DNA of 64,000 nt from Eledone cirrhosa. Lineage: Eukaryota. Position numbers and translations under genes: made by a program. Below are positions 14,386-29,821 of the stretch, piece after piece (positions within the stretch are counted from its first letter, which is position 1; every line of letters starts with the position of its first letter). The notes beneath the pieces were generated by a model. That model saw only the letters and a program-made list of their open reading frames with translations. It searched no databases and was not told where the DNA came from. Location: assembly GCA_964016885.1 (NCBI GenBank), contig OZ024743.1, forward strand, positions 49,972,001 to 50,036,000, written 5' to 3'.

Positions 14386-14459
14386 TTACAACAGTGAAAA
14401 CTAACAGAAAAGCCGAAAGAATGATTGAAAATATAACTGTGTGGTTAGGAATTTCCATA

Positions 14460-15400
14460 GAGTATCGCTAATACCACCATTAATATCACCACTAATATCA
14501 CCACCACCACTACCACCACCATCACCACTAACCTCACCACCACCACCATCGCCAACACTAATATCACCACTAACCTCACCCCCACCACCACAATCACCAC
14601 CCCCACCACTAATATCACCACTAACATCACCACCACCACCACCAGCACAAACGACACTGGCACAAACCACACCACCACCATCACCACCACCACTACCATA
14701 AACGCTGCTAAAGCTACCATCAGCGCCACTATCGGTACTACCAATACCACCACCACACCAACCACCCCTACCACTACCACTACCACTAACACCATTACTA
14801 CCATCATCACCACCACCATTCCCACTATCACTACCATCATCACCGACACAACTACCAATAACACCATCACTACCACTACTACCACCACCACCACCACCAC
14901 CAACGCCACTACCATTACCCCCCCCCCCCTCCCCTAACACCACTACCACTAACACAATTACTACCATCATCACCACCACCATTCCCACTATCACTACCAT
15001 CACCACCGACACAACTACCAATAACACCATCACTACCACTACTACCACCACCACCACCACCAACGCCACTACCATTAACCCCCCCCCCCCCAACACCACT
15101 ACCACTAACACCATTACTACCATCATCACCACCACCATTCCCACTATCACTACCATCATCACCGACACCACTACCATTAACACCATCACTACCACTACCG
15201 CCACCACTAACCCCCTCCCCAACACCACTACCACTAACACCATTACTACCATCATCACCACCACCATCCTCACTATCACTACCACCACTACCAACACCAC
15301 TACCATTCCCATTATCACTACCACCACCAACACCACTACCACTAACACCATCACCGACCCAATCCACACCACCACCAACAACACCATTGCTATCACCATT
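14460..15400. repeat. (CAC/ACT)-rich low-complexity tract with ~165-bp internal duplications
   Basis: Repeated blocks accattactaccatcatcaccaccaccattcccactatc. Confidence 0.85.
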
Positions 15401-15429
15401 ATTCAGATGTGTAATCTTGATGTTTCAAT

Positions 15430-15543
15430 TTAGAAGAGCAGCAGCAATATTACCAATTGAAAGAGAATCCTAAAAGAATTAGCCATGTTGAAGAATGTGG
15501 AGAGAGCAGAGAGCAAGGTCGAACGAGAAGACGACAACAATGG
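15430..15543 (-). CDS. Possible terminal coding exon with hydrophobic C-tail (PLLSSSRSTLLSALSTFFNMANSFRILFQLVILLLLF*)
   Basis: Pyrimidine-rich tract + CAG acceptor on the minus strand, unique sequence, GPI-signal-like tail; no homology evidence. Confidence 0.25.
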   Translation of the reverse strand, partial: PLLSSSRSTLLSALSTFFNMANSFRILFQLVILLLLF

Positions 15544-16204
15544 CTGCGAACAAAACGTGGAGTGGGAAAAATAACAGCTTGCTTAGTTAGCAACTTTAAT
15601 GGCGCCGTAACAGAAATATAGCGATTCACTGATGGATAATAAATGAAATATTAGACAATAGCAATTGTGTTTTTAATAGAAATTTGATTGAAAAACACCG
15701 ATACAGCATAATACTACAAATAAATATAGAATTTGAAAATAAATAAAAAAATATTTCATTCAATATTTTTTCATTTTATTCTATTTTTATATGCTTTTAA
15801 TGTCTAGATATCAGCAAGTCGTTATTTCAATACAATTTCCAGCAGAATACATTTGAATGGCAAAATCTTTAACTAAAACTCTAACATGCAAGAGCTTCCG
15901 ATATTGCCGCTTGCAAACATTTCTTTTTCTTTTCTTTATTTTTTAATATTTTCTCTTTATTTCTTTGTCTTTCTTTCCTCTGTCTTTCTTTTATTTTCTC
16001 ATTGTTATTGTTTATTTCTTTATTTATATCATTCTTCTTTGTATCTCTTTATTCTCTTCACCTTTCATGCAATCTTTTCTTTCCTTTCTTCGTTTCCTTC
16101 TTTTCTTTCTTCCTTTCTTTCTTCCTTTCTTTCCTCCTCTCTGTCTTTCAATGTTTCTTTCATTTTACGTTTACGTGATTATATTTCTATACATTCTATC
16201 TGTT

Positions 16205-16257
<53 letters not shown>

Positions 16258-16457
16258 CTTCTTGTATTCAATTTTCCATAAATTCTTCACGGTCTCACAG
16301 TTCTCACGCTTTGTTGAAGGTCAGAGTTGAGATTTCATTGAGAAACTCGAGACAGTAAAGAGAACATGGCGTACAAAAGGAACAATCAAAACACACATAT
16401 ACACTATATATACATTTTAGTCTGCAAAAACATATGAATGGTGTGTATATAAGAAAA

Positions 16458-16533
<76 letters not shown>

Positions 16534-16594
16534 AGTATGTATGACAGTTTCAAGCACATTTCTATACAAAAACGTCTAGTCTCTCCTTTTTGTC

Positions 16595-17229
16595 GGTGTA
16601 TATATGTATATCTGTCTGTGTATATATGTATATCTGTCTGTGTATATATGTATATCTGTCTGTGTATATATGTATATCTGTCTGTGTATATATGCATATC
16701 TGTCTGTGTGTGTATATGTATATTCGTTTGTGTGTATATGTATATCTGTCCGTGTGTGTATATATGTATATTTGTTTGTGTGTGTATGTATATTTGTTTG
16801 TGTGTATATGTATATCTGTCCGTGTGTGTATGTATATTCGTTTGTGTGTATATGTATATCTGTTCGTGTATATATGTATATTTGTCTGTGTATATATGTA
16901 TATCTGTCCGTGTGTGTATGTATATTTGTTTGTGTGTGTATGTATATTTGTTTGTGTCTATATGTATATTTGTTTGTGTATATATGTATATTTGTTTTGT
17001 GTGTATGTATATTTGTTTGTGTGTATATGTATATTTGTTTGTGTGTGTATGTATATTTGTTTGTGTGTGTATGTATATTTGTTTGTGTATATATGTATAT
17101 TTGTTTGTGTATATATGTATATTTGTTTGTGTGTATATGTATATTTGTTTGTGTGTGTATGTATATTTGTCCGTGTGTATATTTGTGTCTACGTGAATAT
17201 TTTATAATTACTAGTTCATTCTGTGCCGT
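16595..17229. repeat. 20-22-bp GT/AT minisatellite, duplicated at 19180-19647
   Basis: Both copies end in the identical ttgtgtctacgtgaatattttataattactagttcattctgtgccgt. Confidence 0.85.
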
Positions 17230-17419
17230 GTATCAACATATGGGAGGTAAGGTGTGCTGGTAATGGCGGTTCTGCTAGATTCCAGGAGATTGTTAAACAA
17301 GTTGATATTCCTGGAAATTTCACAGATTCGTCCAAAGATCTAACCAAGACATCGTTGATGTTTGTTGTCCTATGACTAACACTTCCACTGGCTTTTAACT
17401 CATTCCACCAGAGCACCCC

Positions 17420-18877
17420 AGTATGGTATATAGTGATCCATAGTATGGTATATAGTGATACCATAGTATGGTATATAGTGATACCACAGTATGGTATATA
17501 GTGATACCATAGTATGGTATATAGTGATACCAGAGTATGGTATATAGTGATACCATAATATGGTATATAGTGATACCATAGTATGGTATATAGTGATACC
17601 ACAGTATGGTATATAGTGATACCACAGTATGGTATATAGTGATACCATAGTATGGTATATAGTGATACCATAGTATGGTATATAGTGATACCACAGTATG
17701 GTATATAGTGATACCATAGTATGGTATATAGTGATACCACAGTATGGTATATAGTGATGCCATAGTATGGTATATAGTGATACCACAGTATGGTATATAG
17801 TGATACCATAGTATGGTATATAGTGATACCATAGTATGGTATATAGTGATACCACAGTATGGTATATAGTGATACCATAGTATGGTATATAGTTGTACCA
17901 CAGTATGGTATATAGTGATACCATAGTATGGTATATAGTGATACCATAGTATGGTATATAGTGATACCACAGTATGGTATATAGTGATACCATAGTATGG
18001 TATATAGTGATACCACAGTATGGTATATAGTGATACCATAGTATGGCATATAGTGATACCACAGTATGGTATATAGTGATACCACAGTATGGTATATAGT
18101 GATACCTTAGTATGGTATATAGTGATACCTTAGTATGGTATATAGTGATACCATAGTATGGTATATAGTGATACCATAGTATGGTATATAGTGATACCAC
18201 AGTATGGTATATAGTGATACCATAGTATGGTATATAGTGATACCATAGTATGGTATATAGTGATACCACAGTATGGTATATAGTGATACCATAGTATGGT
18301 ATATAGTGGTACCACAGTATGGTATATAGTGATACCATAGTATGGTATATAGTGATACCATAGTATGGTATATAGTGATACCACAGTATGGTATATAGTG
18401 ATACTATAGTATGGTATATAGTGATACCACAGTATGGTATATAGTGATACCATAGTATGGTATATAGTGATACCACAGTATGGTATATAGTGATACCACA
18501 GTATGGTATATAGTGATACCTTAGTATGGTATATAGTGATACCTTAGTATGGTATATAGTGATACCATAGTATGGTATATAGTCATACCATAGTATGGTA
18601 TATAGTGATACCACAGTATGGTATATAGTCATACCCTAGTATGGTATATAGTGATACCACAGTATGGTATATAGTCATACCATAGTATGGTATATTGTGA
18701 TACCTTAGTATGGTATATAGTGATACCATAGTATGATATATAGTCATACCATAGTATGGTATATAGTGATACCACAGTATGGTATATAGTCATACCATAG
18801 TATGGTATATTGTGATACCTTAGTATGGTATATAGTGATACCTTAGTATGGTATATAGTGATACCATAGTATGGTAT
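17420..18877. repeat. 23-bp tandem satellite AGTATGGTATATAGTGATACCA(T/C)
   Basis: About 60 near-identical units; each has an internal inverted repeat tggtat..atacca. Confidence 0.95.
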
Positions 18878-18928
18878 GTAGTTCATTTTACTCTCTCACT
18901 CTCATTCCCTCTCTTACACACACATACA

Positions 18929-19008
<80 letters not shown>

Positions 19009-19114
19009 CGTGCGTTTCGTGATCGATCAGCACAAGGTACGATCGGTAGTGATTGCGCTCAAGAGTTCACCAGACTTGTGCATTCTTCGTCACATGTGAA
19101 TAAAGGTAATGTTG

Positions 19115-19169
<55 letters not shown>

Positions 19170-19767
19170 ATGAGAGACGTATGTATATTTGTTTGTGTCT
19201 ATATGTATATTTGTTTGTGTATATATGTATATTTGTTTGTGTATATATGTATATTTGTTTTGTGTGTATGTAGATTTGTTTGTGTGTATATGTATATTTG
19301 TTTGTGTGTGTATGTATATTTGTTTGTGTATATATGTATATTTGTTTGTGTATATATGTATATTTGTTTGTGTGTATATGTATATTTGTTTGTGTGTGTA
19401 TGTATATTTGTTTGTGTGTGTATGTATATTTGTTTGTGTATATATGTATATTTGTTTTGTGTGTATGTATATTTGTCCGTGTGTATATATGTATATTTGT
19501 TTGTGTGTATATGTATATTTGTTTGTGTATATATGTATATTTGTTTGTGTGTATATGTATATTTGTTTGTGTGTGTATGTATATTTGTCCGTGTGTATAT
19601 TTGTGTCTACGTGAATATTTTATAATTACTAGTTCATTCTGTGCCGTCTCTCATATTATTGTTCTGCAACCCCATGCATTGAACCACAATGTTAATAAGA
19701 CAAAACCCATATATTTGCTAGCATTGATATGCATCTGTGTGTATATAAATGTTACTAGATATAAATT

Positions 19768-19837
<70 letters not shown>

Positions 19838-19838
<1 letters not shown>

Positions 19839-20401
19839 AAATTAAATTACGGGTGTCATGTCAAAGAGACATGCGCCATATCCACTGTAGAATATGCTCC
19901 AAAATTCCAGTGAATAGATCCGAGCATTTTATATCAACTAGAAATTGATTGACATATATATATATATCTAAAATAAACATTTGAAACAATCACAGGGAAT
20001 AATTTGTAAAAGTGTGTAAGCACACATAGCTAGGTAGGTAACAAATTCAAGTTTAACTAGAACTTTAAATATAGATACCTTATGAATTGATTAATCTTCC
20101 TTGTATATATTTCATTAAAGAAATATATTTTACCATCAATCGATCGGTAAACCACAGTAGGCAAATTTTCGAATTTTCAACAAAGGAGAAGATTTAACTA
20201 TCTGTGTTTACACAGCAAATCCAAATCTGCGAATGACTAGCAGCACGTGTTGCATTTTTTAAAAATACACACATCGCACCAGCTTCATCCCAATGGCGTG
20301 AATAGGGTTATCGACAACGAGAAATAGCAGTCGAGTCCTTTCAACTGAGTTAGCTCTACAATTAAGGGGCCGTATATATATCCAAAATTAAATTAAGGGT
20401 G

Positions 20402-20405
<4 letters not shown>
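19838..20405. mobile_element. Family C ~545-bp unit with short terminal direct repeat
   Basis: caaaattaaatta.gggtgtcat at both ends; homologs at 28633 and 53557; in (TA)n. Confidence 0.75.
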
Positions 20406-20470
<65 letters not shown>

Positions 20471-20528
20471 TACATATATATATATACATATATACATATA
20501 TATATATGCATATATATATATATATATA

Positions 20529-20613
<85 letters not shown>

Positions 20614-20755
20614 GGGGTAACAAATAATAGTTCTATGCAGTCCACTTAGGTGGACTGCATAGAACTACCAGTTCAGAGAAACAATTGTCAGCAATGAGAT
20701 TAAAAACCTTTTTTGTATAGCAAACCGTGTCACTCTTCTTTCCTGATTTATTATA

Positions 20756-20826
<71 letters not shown>

Positions 20827-21159
20827 TTTTGTGGTCAGGGTACTCGGCTGTTTGATTCCCGGCGGTGACACATTATTTCACGTTACGCCAGTCCACTCAG
20901 CTGACAAAAATGATTTTTACTCCCTGTCAGGACTGATAGTCTGTAATACCCACCCGAGCACTGAAGTCCTCCATTCGAATAAGCTTTCTCCTATGTTAAA
21001 TATTTAGGATGACTTTGTCGAAGGGATCATAGGAGTTTTCTTTTTCCAGCTCAGAATCGGCCGTGGAGCATAGCAACTGATCTATGTAGCACTAGTGTTG
21101 CAGTGTCAGAGTGCGCTCTAATGTATGGGTAAAGTAGAAAGGTATCTGGCAAAGTGGAA

Positions 21160-22965
21160 AGTGTCACTGTTACACCACAGATGGCACAGTGTCACTGTAA
21201 TATAGTAGACGGCACAGTGCCACTCTAACACCACAGACGGCACAGTGCCACTGTTACACCACAGACGGCACAGTGCCACTGTTACACCACAGACGACACA
21301 GTGCCAGTGTAACATAGTAGACGGCACAGTGCCACTGTTACACCACAGGCGGCACAGTGCCACTGTTACACCACAGACGGCACAGTTCCACTGTTACAAC
21401 ACAAACGGCACAGTGCCACTGTAACATAGTAGACGGCACAGAGACACTGTTTCACCACAGATGGCACAGTGCCACTGTTACACCACAGACGGTACAGTGC
21501 CAATGTTACACCACAGACGGCGCAGTGCCACTGTTACACCACAGATGACACAGTTCCACTGTTACACCACAGACGGCACAGTGCCACTGTTACACCACAG
21601 ACAGCACAGTGCCACTGATACACCACAAACGGCACAGTGCCACTGTTACACCACAGACAGCACAGTGCCACCGATACACCACGAACGGCACAGTGCCACT
21701 GTTACACCACAGACAGCACAGTGGTACTGATACACCACAAACAGCACAGTGCCACTGTTACACCACAGATGACACAGTCCCACTGAAACATAGTAGACGG
21801 CACAGTGCCACTGTTACACCACAGATGGCACAGTGCCACTGTTACACCACAGACAGCACAGTTCCACTGATACACCACAGACGGCACAGTGCCACTGTTA
21901 CACCACAGACAGCACAGTGCCACTGATACACCACAAACGGCACAGTGCCACTGTTACACCACAGACGGCACAGTGCCACTGATACACCACAAACGGCACA
22001 GTACCACTGATACACCACAAACGGCACAGTGCCACTGATACACCACAGACGGCACAGTGCCACTGTTACACCACAAACGGCACAGTGCCACTGATACACC
22101 ACAAACGGCACAGTGCCACTGTTGCACCACAAACGGCACAGTGCCACTGTTACACCACAGACAGCACAGTACCACTGATACACCACAAACGGCACAGTGC
22201 CACTGTTACACCACAGACGGCACAGTGCCACTGTTACACCACAGACAGCACAGTGCCACTGTTACACCACAGAGAGCACAGTACCACTGATACACCACAA
22301 ACGGCACAGTGCCACTGTTACACCACAGACGGTACAGTGCCACTGTTACACCACAGACAGCACAGTGCCACTGTAACATAGCAGACGGCACAGTGCCACT
22401 GTTACACCACAGATGGTACAGTACCACTGTTACACCACAGACGACACAGTGTCACTGTTACAACACAGACGGCACAGTGTCACTGTTACACCACAGACGG
22501 CACAATCCTACTGTTACACCACATACGGCACAGTTCCACCGTTACACCACAGACGGTACAGTGTCACTGTTACACAACAGACGGCACAGTGCCACTGTTA
22601 CACTATAGACGGCATAGTGCCATTGTTACACAGTAGGCGGAACAGAGCCACCGTTACACAACAGACGGCACAGTACCACTGTTACACCACATACGGCACA
22701 GTACCTCTGTAACATAGTAGACGTCACAGTGTCACTGTTACACAGTAGACAACACATTGCCATTGTTACACAGAAGGCGGCACAGTGTCACTGTTACACA
22801 GTAGACGGTACAGTGCCACTGTAACATAGTAGATGGGACAGTGCTCCTGTTACACCACAGACGGCACAGTGCCTCTGTTATACAGTAGACGGCACAGTGC
22901 CATTGTTACACAGTTCGATTGTTACACAGTAGGCGGCACAGTGCCCCCGTTACACAGTAGACAGA
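21160..22965. repeat. 28-bp minisatellite CACAGTGCCACTGTTACACCACAGACGG
   Basis: Tandem units, more divergent at the ends; internal acagtg/cactgt palindrome. Confidence 0.95.
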
Positions 22966-23113
22966 ACGGTTCAATGCAATATAATGTTAATGCAAGCAGA
23001 ACTAAATAAAGAGTAGAATTGGTTTGTTTGCAAATTTCTGTATGTTTGACCTCTAAGACTTGGTCAGAAGCAAACATCAAAGGAACCACAAGAGAAGCAG
23101 CGCTGAGCATGTT

Positions 23114-23439
23114 TCATAAGTCTTCTGGTGGGCGAGGGCCGAGGTGTTTGATGAAAGAGGTTATGGTGTTGTGGTTTGGGGCCTGGGAAGTTTCTGTGTT
23201 GGAAGGATTTGGGATTGCTACTGGGTGAGGTTGTGATGATTGGTAGGAAGAATATGTTGGGTGTTTAGTGGTAGATGGTAATGGTGGTGGAGGGTTTGTT
23301 GAGGTGGAGCTAATGTTAGAAGTCTGTGATGTGGGAGTCAGGAGGATGCTGGGGTGGGTTGTTGTTGGAATTATATTGGCGGTTGTGGTGTTGACAGGAG
23401 AAGGTTGTGGTGGTGGAGGGGGTGGCTGATGTTGCAGTT
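23114..23439 (-). CDS. Possible Pro/Ser/Thr-rich coding exon (ELQHQPPPPPPQPSPVNTTT...GPRPPEDL*)
   Basis: ~108 open codons after a CAG acceptor in non-tandem sequence; composition bias could also explain it. Confidence 0.3.
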
Positions 23440-24061
23440 CTGAGCAGATTAATTGAATAGATGTCGCTATTCTAAGTAATTATTCCACCCGACCAAACTA
23501 TAAAAATATATCCGAACCAATCAATAGACAAACCATTCGATAGACAAACCAATCGATGTAATTAGCCGATTCCTCTGATTTAACGACCAACTTCAAAGAC
23601 CAGATTTCTTGCTGGCCTAGAAAATTAGATTCACAAGATTATTGTTACTGTTGTTTTTGTTGTTGTTGCTGTTGTTGTTGCTATTGATGTTGTTGCAGCC
23701 GTTACTGTTGTTGTTGTTGTTGTCGTTACTATTGTTGTTGTTGTTGTTGTTACAACTCATGCTATTGTAGTGATGTGGTGGTAGTGGTGGTGGTGTTGAT
23801 GGTATGGTGGTGGTGGTGATGGTGGTGGTGGTGGTGGTGATGATATGGGAGTGGAGGTGATAACGATGATGATGATGATTGTGGTGGTGATGGTGGTGGT
23901 GATTATCATGTGACCCTACCAAGCTGCTACCATTATACCACAACAATCACAACCAGGATGCTTTCAGAGAGTCGACCGACCTGTTAGAGATAGCAGCTAA
24001 ATCTTACTCAAATCAAATATTACTATGTTGAAAAGGGAATATATATTGGATAGTAAATAAA

Positions 24062-24192
24062 CTTAAATGGATCTCTGTCGCTTGCCACGATGATTGGTCC
24101 TGTTGTTCGATAAATTTGTGATTGGCTGTGTACTCCACATATACAAGTACCATTAAAGTACATCTCAGGGCGATTCGGCGTATCAATTTGTG
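24062..24192 (-). CDS. Possible exon with cadherin-like motifs (SQIDTPNRPEMYFNGT...GPIIVASDRDPF)
   Basis: Open frame; xAxDxD and a DxNDNxPxF-like spacing; donor site weak. Confidence 0.25.
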
Positions 24193-24381
24193 ACTGACAG
24201 CACTAAGCCTTTCAATTACAAGTACAAGCCACACTACGGGCTTTCAAACAGTTTCCGTCTACCAATTTGCGATCACAAGACTTGTGGTAAATACACTTTC
24301 CCAATATATCAATCAGTGGGATCGAATTTACGACCTATGATTGGGAGGTTAGCCATCGAAACCATTCGGCTATGTTATGTG

Positions 24382-24450
<69 letters not shown>

Positions 24451-24847
24451 ATATATATACACACACACACATGTGTGTGTCCACCTGATGTCAGATAACC
24501 AAGAAAATTTCATTTCTTTAACGATATTGATCCCCCCCCCCCCCCCTCCCATCCATTTCCTCTCCTTTCCAAATAATTATTCTCTTCTGTCAAGCTGTGA
24601 TATTACCCCCATCAGTTATCACCATCGACACCCAACAATCCACCCGTCATATAACTCTCTCCCCCAATCCACTACCCCACCCGTCATCCCCATACAACCC
24701 TCACCCCACCTGTCACCCCCATACAACCACCACCACCACCACCCCACCCTATCCTTATTATGTCACTTCAATTATTTTCTGTCATTTTATTTTTTTAATT
24801 TTTTTTATTTCCCCTTCTGTATCTCTATGTATATATACATACATATA

Positions 24848-25054
<207 letters not shown>

Positions 25055-25363
25055 ATAGTTTAGCGAGGTTTTTTATATGAAATCGTGTGTCGAAACACAA
25101 CAGGAGGAAAAAATATAACACCACTGACGATGTTGCAGATGTGCAACGAAAGATTTATATAAATTATGTAAACTATATATATGTGTTTGTGTCTATATTG
25201 TATCTGTATTATTTTTGACCGTCGGTCAGTCAATGGCAACATTGAGGACCGAGTAAGTTAGATCGCAGATATAAAAGACAGCGAGAAGCGAAAACCAACC
25301 AAACAGTGAGTGTGTTCTGTTATTAATTCTGGCAAATTACACAAATATGACCCTCCCCAAGTA

Positions 25364-25422
<59 letters not shown>

Positions 25423-26611
25423 ATACATACATATATATATGATATATATGTATGTATTATATACATACATATAGATAGTCATACTCTCTTTCAGACGTTT
25501 ATACTCTCTCTCGCACACACACACGCAAACACACACACACATATGTACGCACACACACACTACCTTATATTTCTTCATTGCTACCCTAGCTTTTTCCTGG
25601 GTATGAAGCACCCACCCACCACACTAAGTTAACCCTACCACTAGCGTCCTTGAGGTATACCGGGTTGAATCGGGGGTAACCACAGTAAGTAAGCAACTCA
25701 ATACACACACACACACTCACACACACACATACACACACACTCACACACACACTCACACACACACTCACACACACACACACAGACTCACCCCCCCCACACT
25801 CTCACACACACACTCACACACACACAAACACACACTCACACACACAGACTCACCCCACCCCCCACACTCACACACACACACTCACACACACACACAAACA
25901 CACACACTCACACACAGACACTCACACACACCCACACACACACACTCACACACACATACACACACATACACACACACACACACACACAGACACAGACACA
26001 GACACGCACACAGATACAGACACACACAGACACAGATACAGATACACACACAGAGACACAGACACACACAGAGACACACACACATACACAGACAGACACA
26101 CACACATACACACACACAGATACAGACACACACAGACACACACACACACACACATACATAGACACACACACACACACACAGACACACACTCACACACACA
26201 CACACAGACACAAACACACACACAGACACACACACACACATACACATATATATATATGTATCTATGTATGTGTATGTGTGTGTGTATCTGTGTGTGTGTT
26301 TGTGTTTGTGTCTGTGAGTGTGTGTCTGTGTGTGTGAGTGTGTGTCTGTGTCTGTGTGTGTCTGTGTGTGTGTATCTGTGCGTCTGTGTGTGTGTGTGTC
26401 TATGTCTGTGTGTGTGTGTGTGTGTGTCTCTGTGTGTGTATGTGTGTATGTGTGTCTGTGTCTGTGTGTGTCTGTGTGTGTCTGTGTGTATGTGTCTGTG
26501 TGTGTCTGTGTGTGTATGTCTGTCTGTCTGTCTCTGTGTGTCTGTACATATACATATATGTACATATACACACAGATATAGACATAGGGAGAGAATCTCT
26601 AGATGACACTG

Positions 26612-26794
<183 letters not shown>

Positions 26795-27221
26795 CCTGTT
26801 GATAGTTAGTGACGCAGAACATGCCTTTGTCCAACGTGTCGTCACTATACTATGATACATTAGAATTTTATGAAAAAAAAACCTCTTGTTTTACATACCT
26901 CCCTTCTCCTATATGAGGTGACATTTTGAGGCGAGTTTCCATTTGCTGCGGAATGACACATGCTTCCGTTCGGCCATCCATCATACCGGCGATTACAACA
27001 TTATTGAGAACATTTTCTTAGACTATTACTCACCTATATATACATACATATATACATACATATATATATATATATATATAACAGCTTCTTGTACATACAT
27101 ACATACACACACACATATATCTGTGTGTGTGTGTATGTGTGTGTGTGTGTGTGTATAGTTAAAATATATATGGTAGATTTATATATATATATTATAATGT
27201 CGCTGACATCATCAGAACTAG

Positions 27222-27266
<45 letters not shown>

Positions 27267-27291
27267 TTTTCCTATATATATATAACCTTTT

Positions 27292-27624
<333 letters not shown>

Positions 27625-28454
27625 GCAAGATATTTAGAACGCTGGTTTGAGACCTTTATTTCCCTCTGAAGAAGAGATATTATCTCAAAAATTAAGGACA
27701 TTTAAATAAATCTAAGGTAAAAGACGAATTGTCAACAATATCTTTTGCAATTGCATTCTTATTTCTATGTCCATACCTGCATTGTTTTGGCTTTATTATA
27801 CATACTCAAACGTTTATACCTCATTACACAATGCTTCAAGTGAACTATAACCTCCTCCCATATATATATGTATATATATGTATATATATATATATAGTTA
27901 ATAAAACAAACAAAACACAGGAGGCAATTTTTGCACTATGAAGGTATGAATGACCATGAAATTTGCACCCAGAAAGTTCCTCTCCGAGACACAAGACTGG
28001 CCAAGGTTGTTTGTGGAAGACCAGCAGTCGCCCATACATCCCAGTCCTCCCTCTCCACCGCCAGCAAGGAGAAAGGCAATGATACAACTTGGTACATCAC
28101 CAACACCAGCATGTTAAGGAATAGTTCCTGGCTGTCCCACTGGTATAACACCTTCTCTATTCTGTCCACCAGGGCTGTGGGGAGGCCACCAATATGATTG
28201 ACTGACTTGTCATTTTATCAGTAGCCTTATCAATTGCTTCAGTTTCGTGGAACGGAACTCTTCTCAGAGGTTTCTTCCAAAATATTTAGGTATTCTTTAA
28301 TTTGGGAGAAATATAAATGTCCCCTACAACCAGTTTAGTAATAGGTTATGTATAGTAGAGTGTTAATGTGATAGGATGAGAAGACGAATGTGGCTTTTCG
28401 AATATAATCGACAGAATGTACATGATAAGAATGATACACGCCCCCCACACACAT

Positions 28455-28501
<47 letters not shown>

Positions 28502-28632
28502 TATATATATGCTATCTACTCACACACATATATGAATATATATGAATATTTATATATGACTACAAGTATCACTGTAAGTATATTTATATACATATATATA
28601 TGTATATATATATAACTATATATATATCTATA

Positions 28633-29396
28633 TCCAAAATTAAGATAAATCAAAGTGAATTTAATCTAAATCAAAATTATGGGTGTCATGCCAGAAAGGC
28701 ATGCGCCATATCACCCGTAAAATAAGCTCCAAGATTCTAATGAATAGGTCCGAGCATTTTATAACAACTAGAAATTGATTAACATATAAATAAACATATG
28801 AAACAATCACAGGGGATAATGTTTACAAGTGTGCAAGCACACATAGCTAGGTAGGTAACTAAATAAAGTTAACTAGAACTTCAAAAATAGATACCTTATA
28901 ATATGATTAATCTTCCCTGTATATATTCCATTAAAGAAATATATTTGACCAATTAATCGAATATATAATTGGTATAGATATATAAATACGGCGCCTTAAT
29001 TGTAGAGCTAACTCTGTTGAAAGAACTTGACTGCTGTTTCTATTTGTCGATAACCCTATTCACGCCACTGGGACGAAGCTGGTATGAGGTGTGTATTTTT
29101 AGTAGATACAGCACGTGTTACTAATGCGTACACACAGATGGCTGGACTTCTTCCTTGTTGAAAATCCAAGTATCGACCTCCGTGGTTTACCATTCGATTA
29201 ATTGGTGAAATATATTTCTTTAATGGAATATATACAGGGAAGATTAATCATATTATAAGGTATCTATTTTTGAAGTTCTGGTTAACTTTATTTAGTTACC
29301 TACCTAGCTATGTGTGCTTACACACTTGTAAAAATAATCCCTGTGATTGTTTCATATGTTTATTTATATGTTAATCAATTTCTAGTTGTTATAACT
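28633..29396. mobile_element. Family C copy, fold-back arrangement
   Basis: 28633-28960 forward, then ~28985-29396 reverse complement of the same unit. Confidence 0.8.
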
Positions 29397-29424
29397 ATAT
29401 ATATATATATAAATATATACATAT

Positions 29425-29577
<153 letters not shown>

Positions 29578-29580
29578 TAT

Positions 29581-29724
29581 AAGCTATCGCCGTATTTTGA
29601 CTAAAGAAATTAAAGAAATTATTTAGCCTGATAGTGGGGTTAAGAACCCTCGGAGAAATGGAAAGAGATGAGTATTGACGTATCAGGCTAATTAATTTCT
29701 TTAGTCAAAATACGGCAATAGCTT
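29581..29724. repeat. Short fold-back element
   Basis: aagctatcgccgtattttgactaaagaaatt / aatttctttagtcaaaatacggcaatagctt. Confidence 0.7.
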
Positions 29725-29774
29725 ACATTTATAATAATTTCAAACCCGCTCGCTGTTTCGACAATATTCTTACT

Positions 29775-29820
<46 letters not shown>

Positions 29821-29821
<1 letters not shown>

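Noticed and set aside
19007-19080. Minus-strand HHR-like motif (related copy at 54781-54868)
   Set aside because: Core mutated in both copies and stem I does not close
17420-22965. 23-bp and 28-bp arrays as CRISPR repeats
   Set aside because: Head-to-tail tandem units without unique spacers, no cas genes, eukaryotic context
25120-25160. CTGACGA-t-gttgc/gcaac-GAAA hammerhead-like core
   Set aside because: Core and stem II present but no convincing stem I; not counted
27662-27700. CTGAAGA-agaga..tctc-AAAA motif
   Set aside because: G12 missing and stem I/III poor; at most a dead HHR
27931-28197. Short unique ORFs on both strands
   Set aside because: No recognisable motifs
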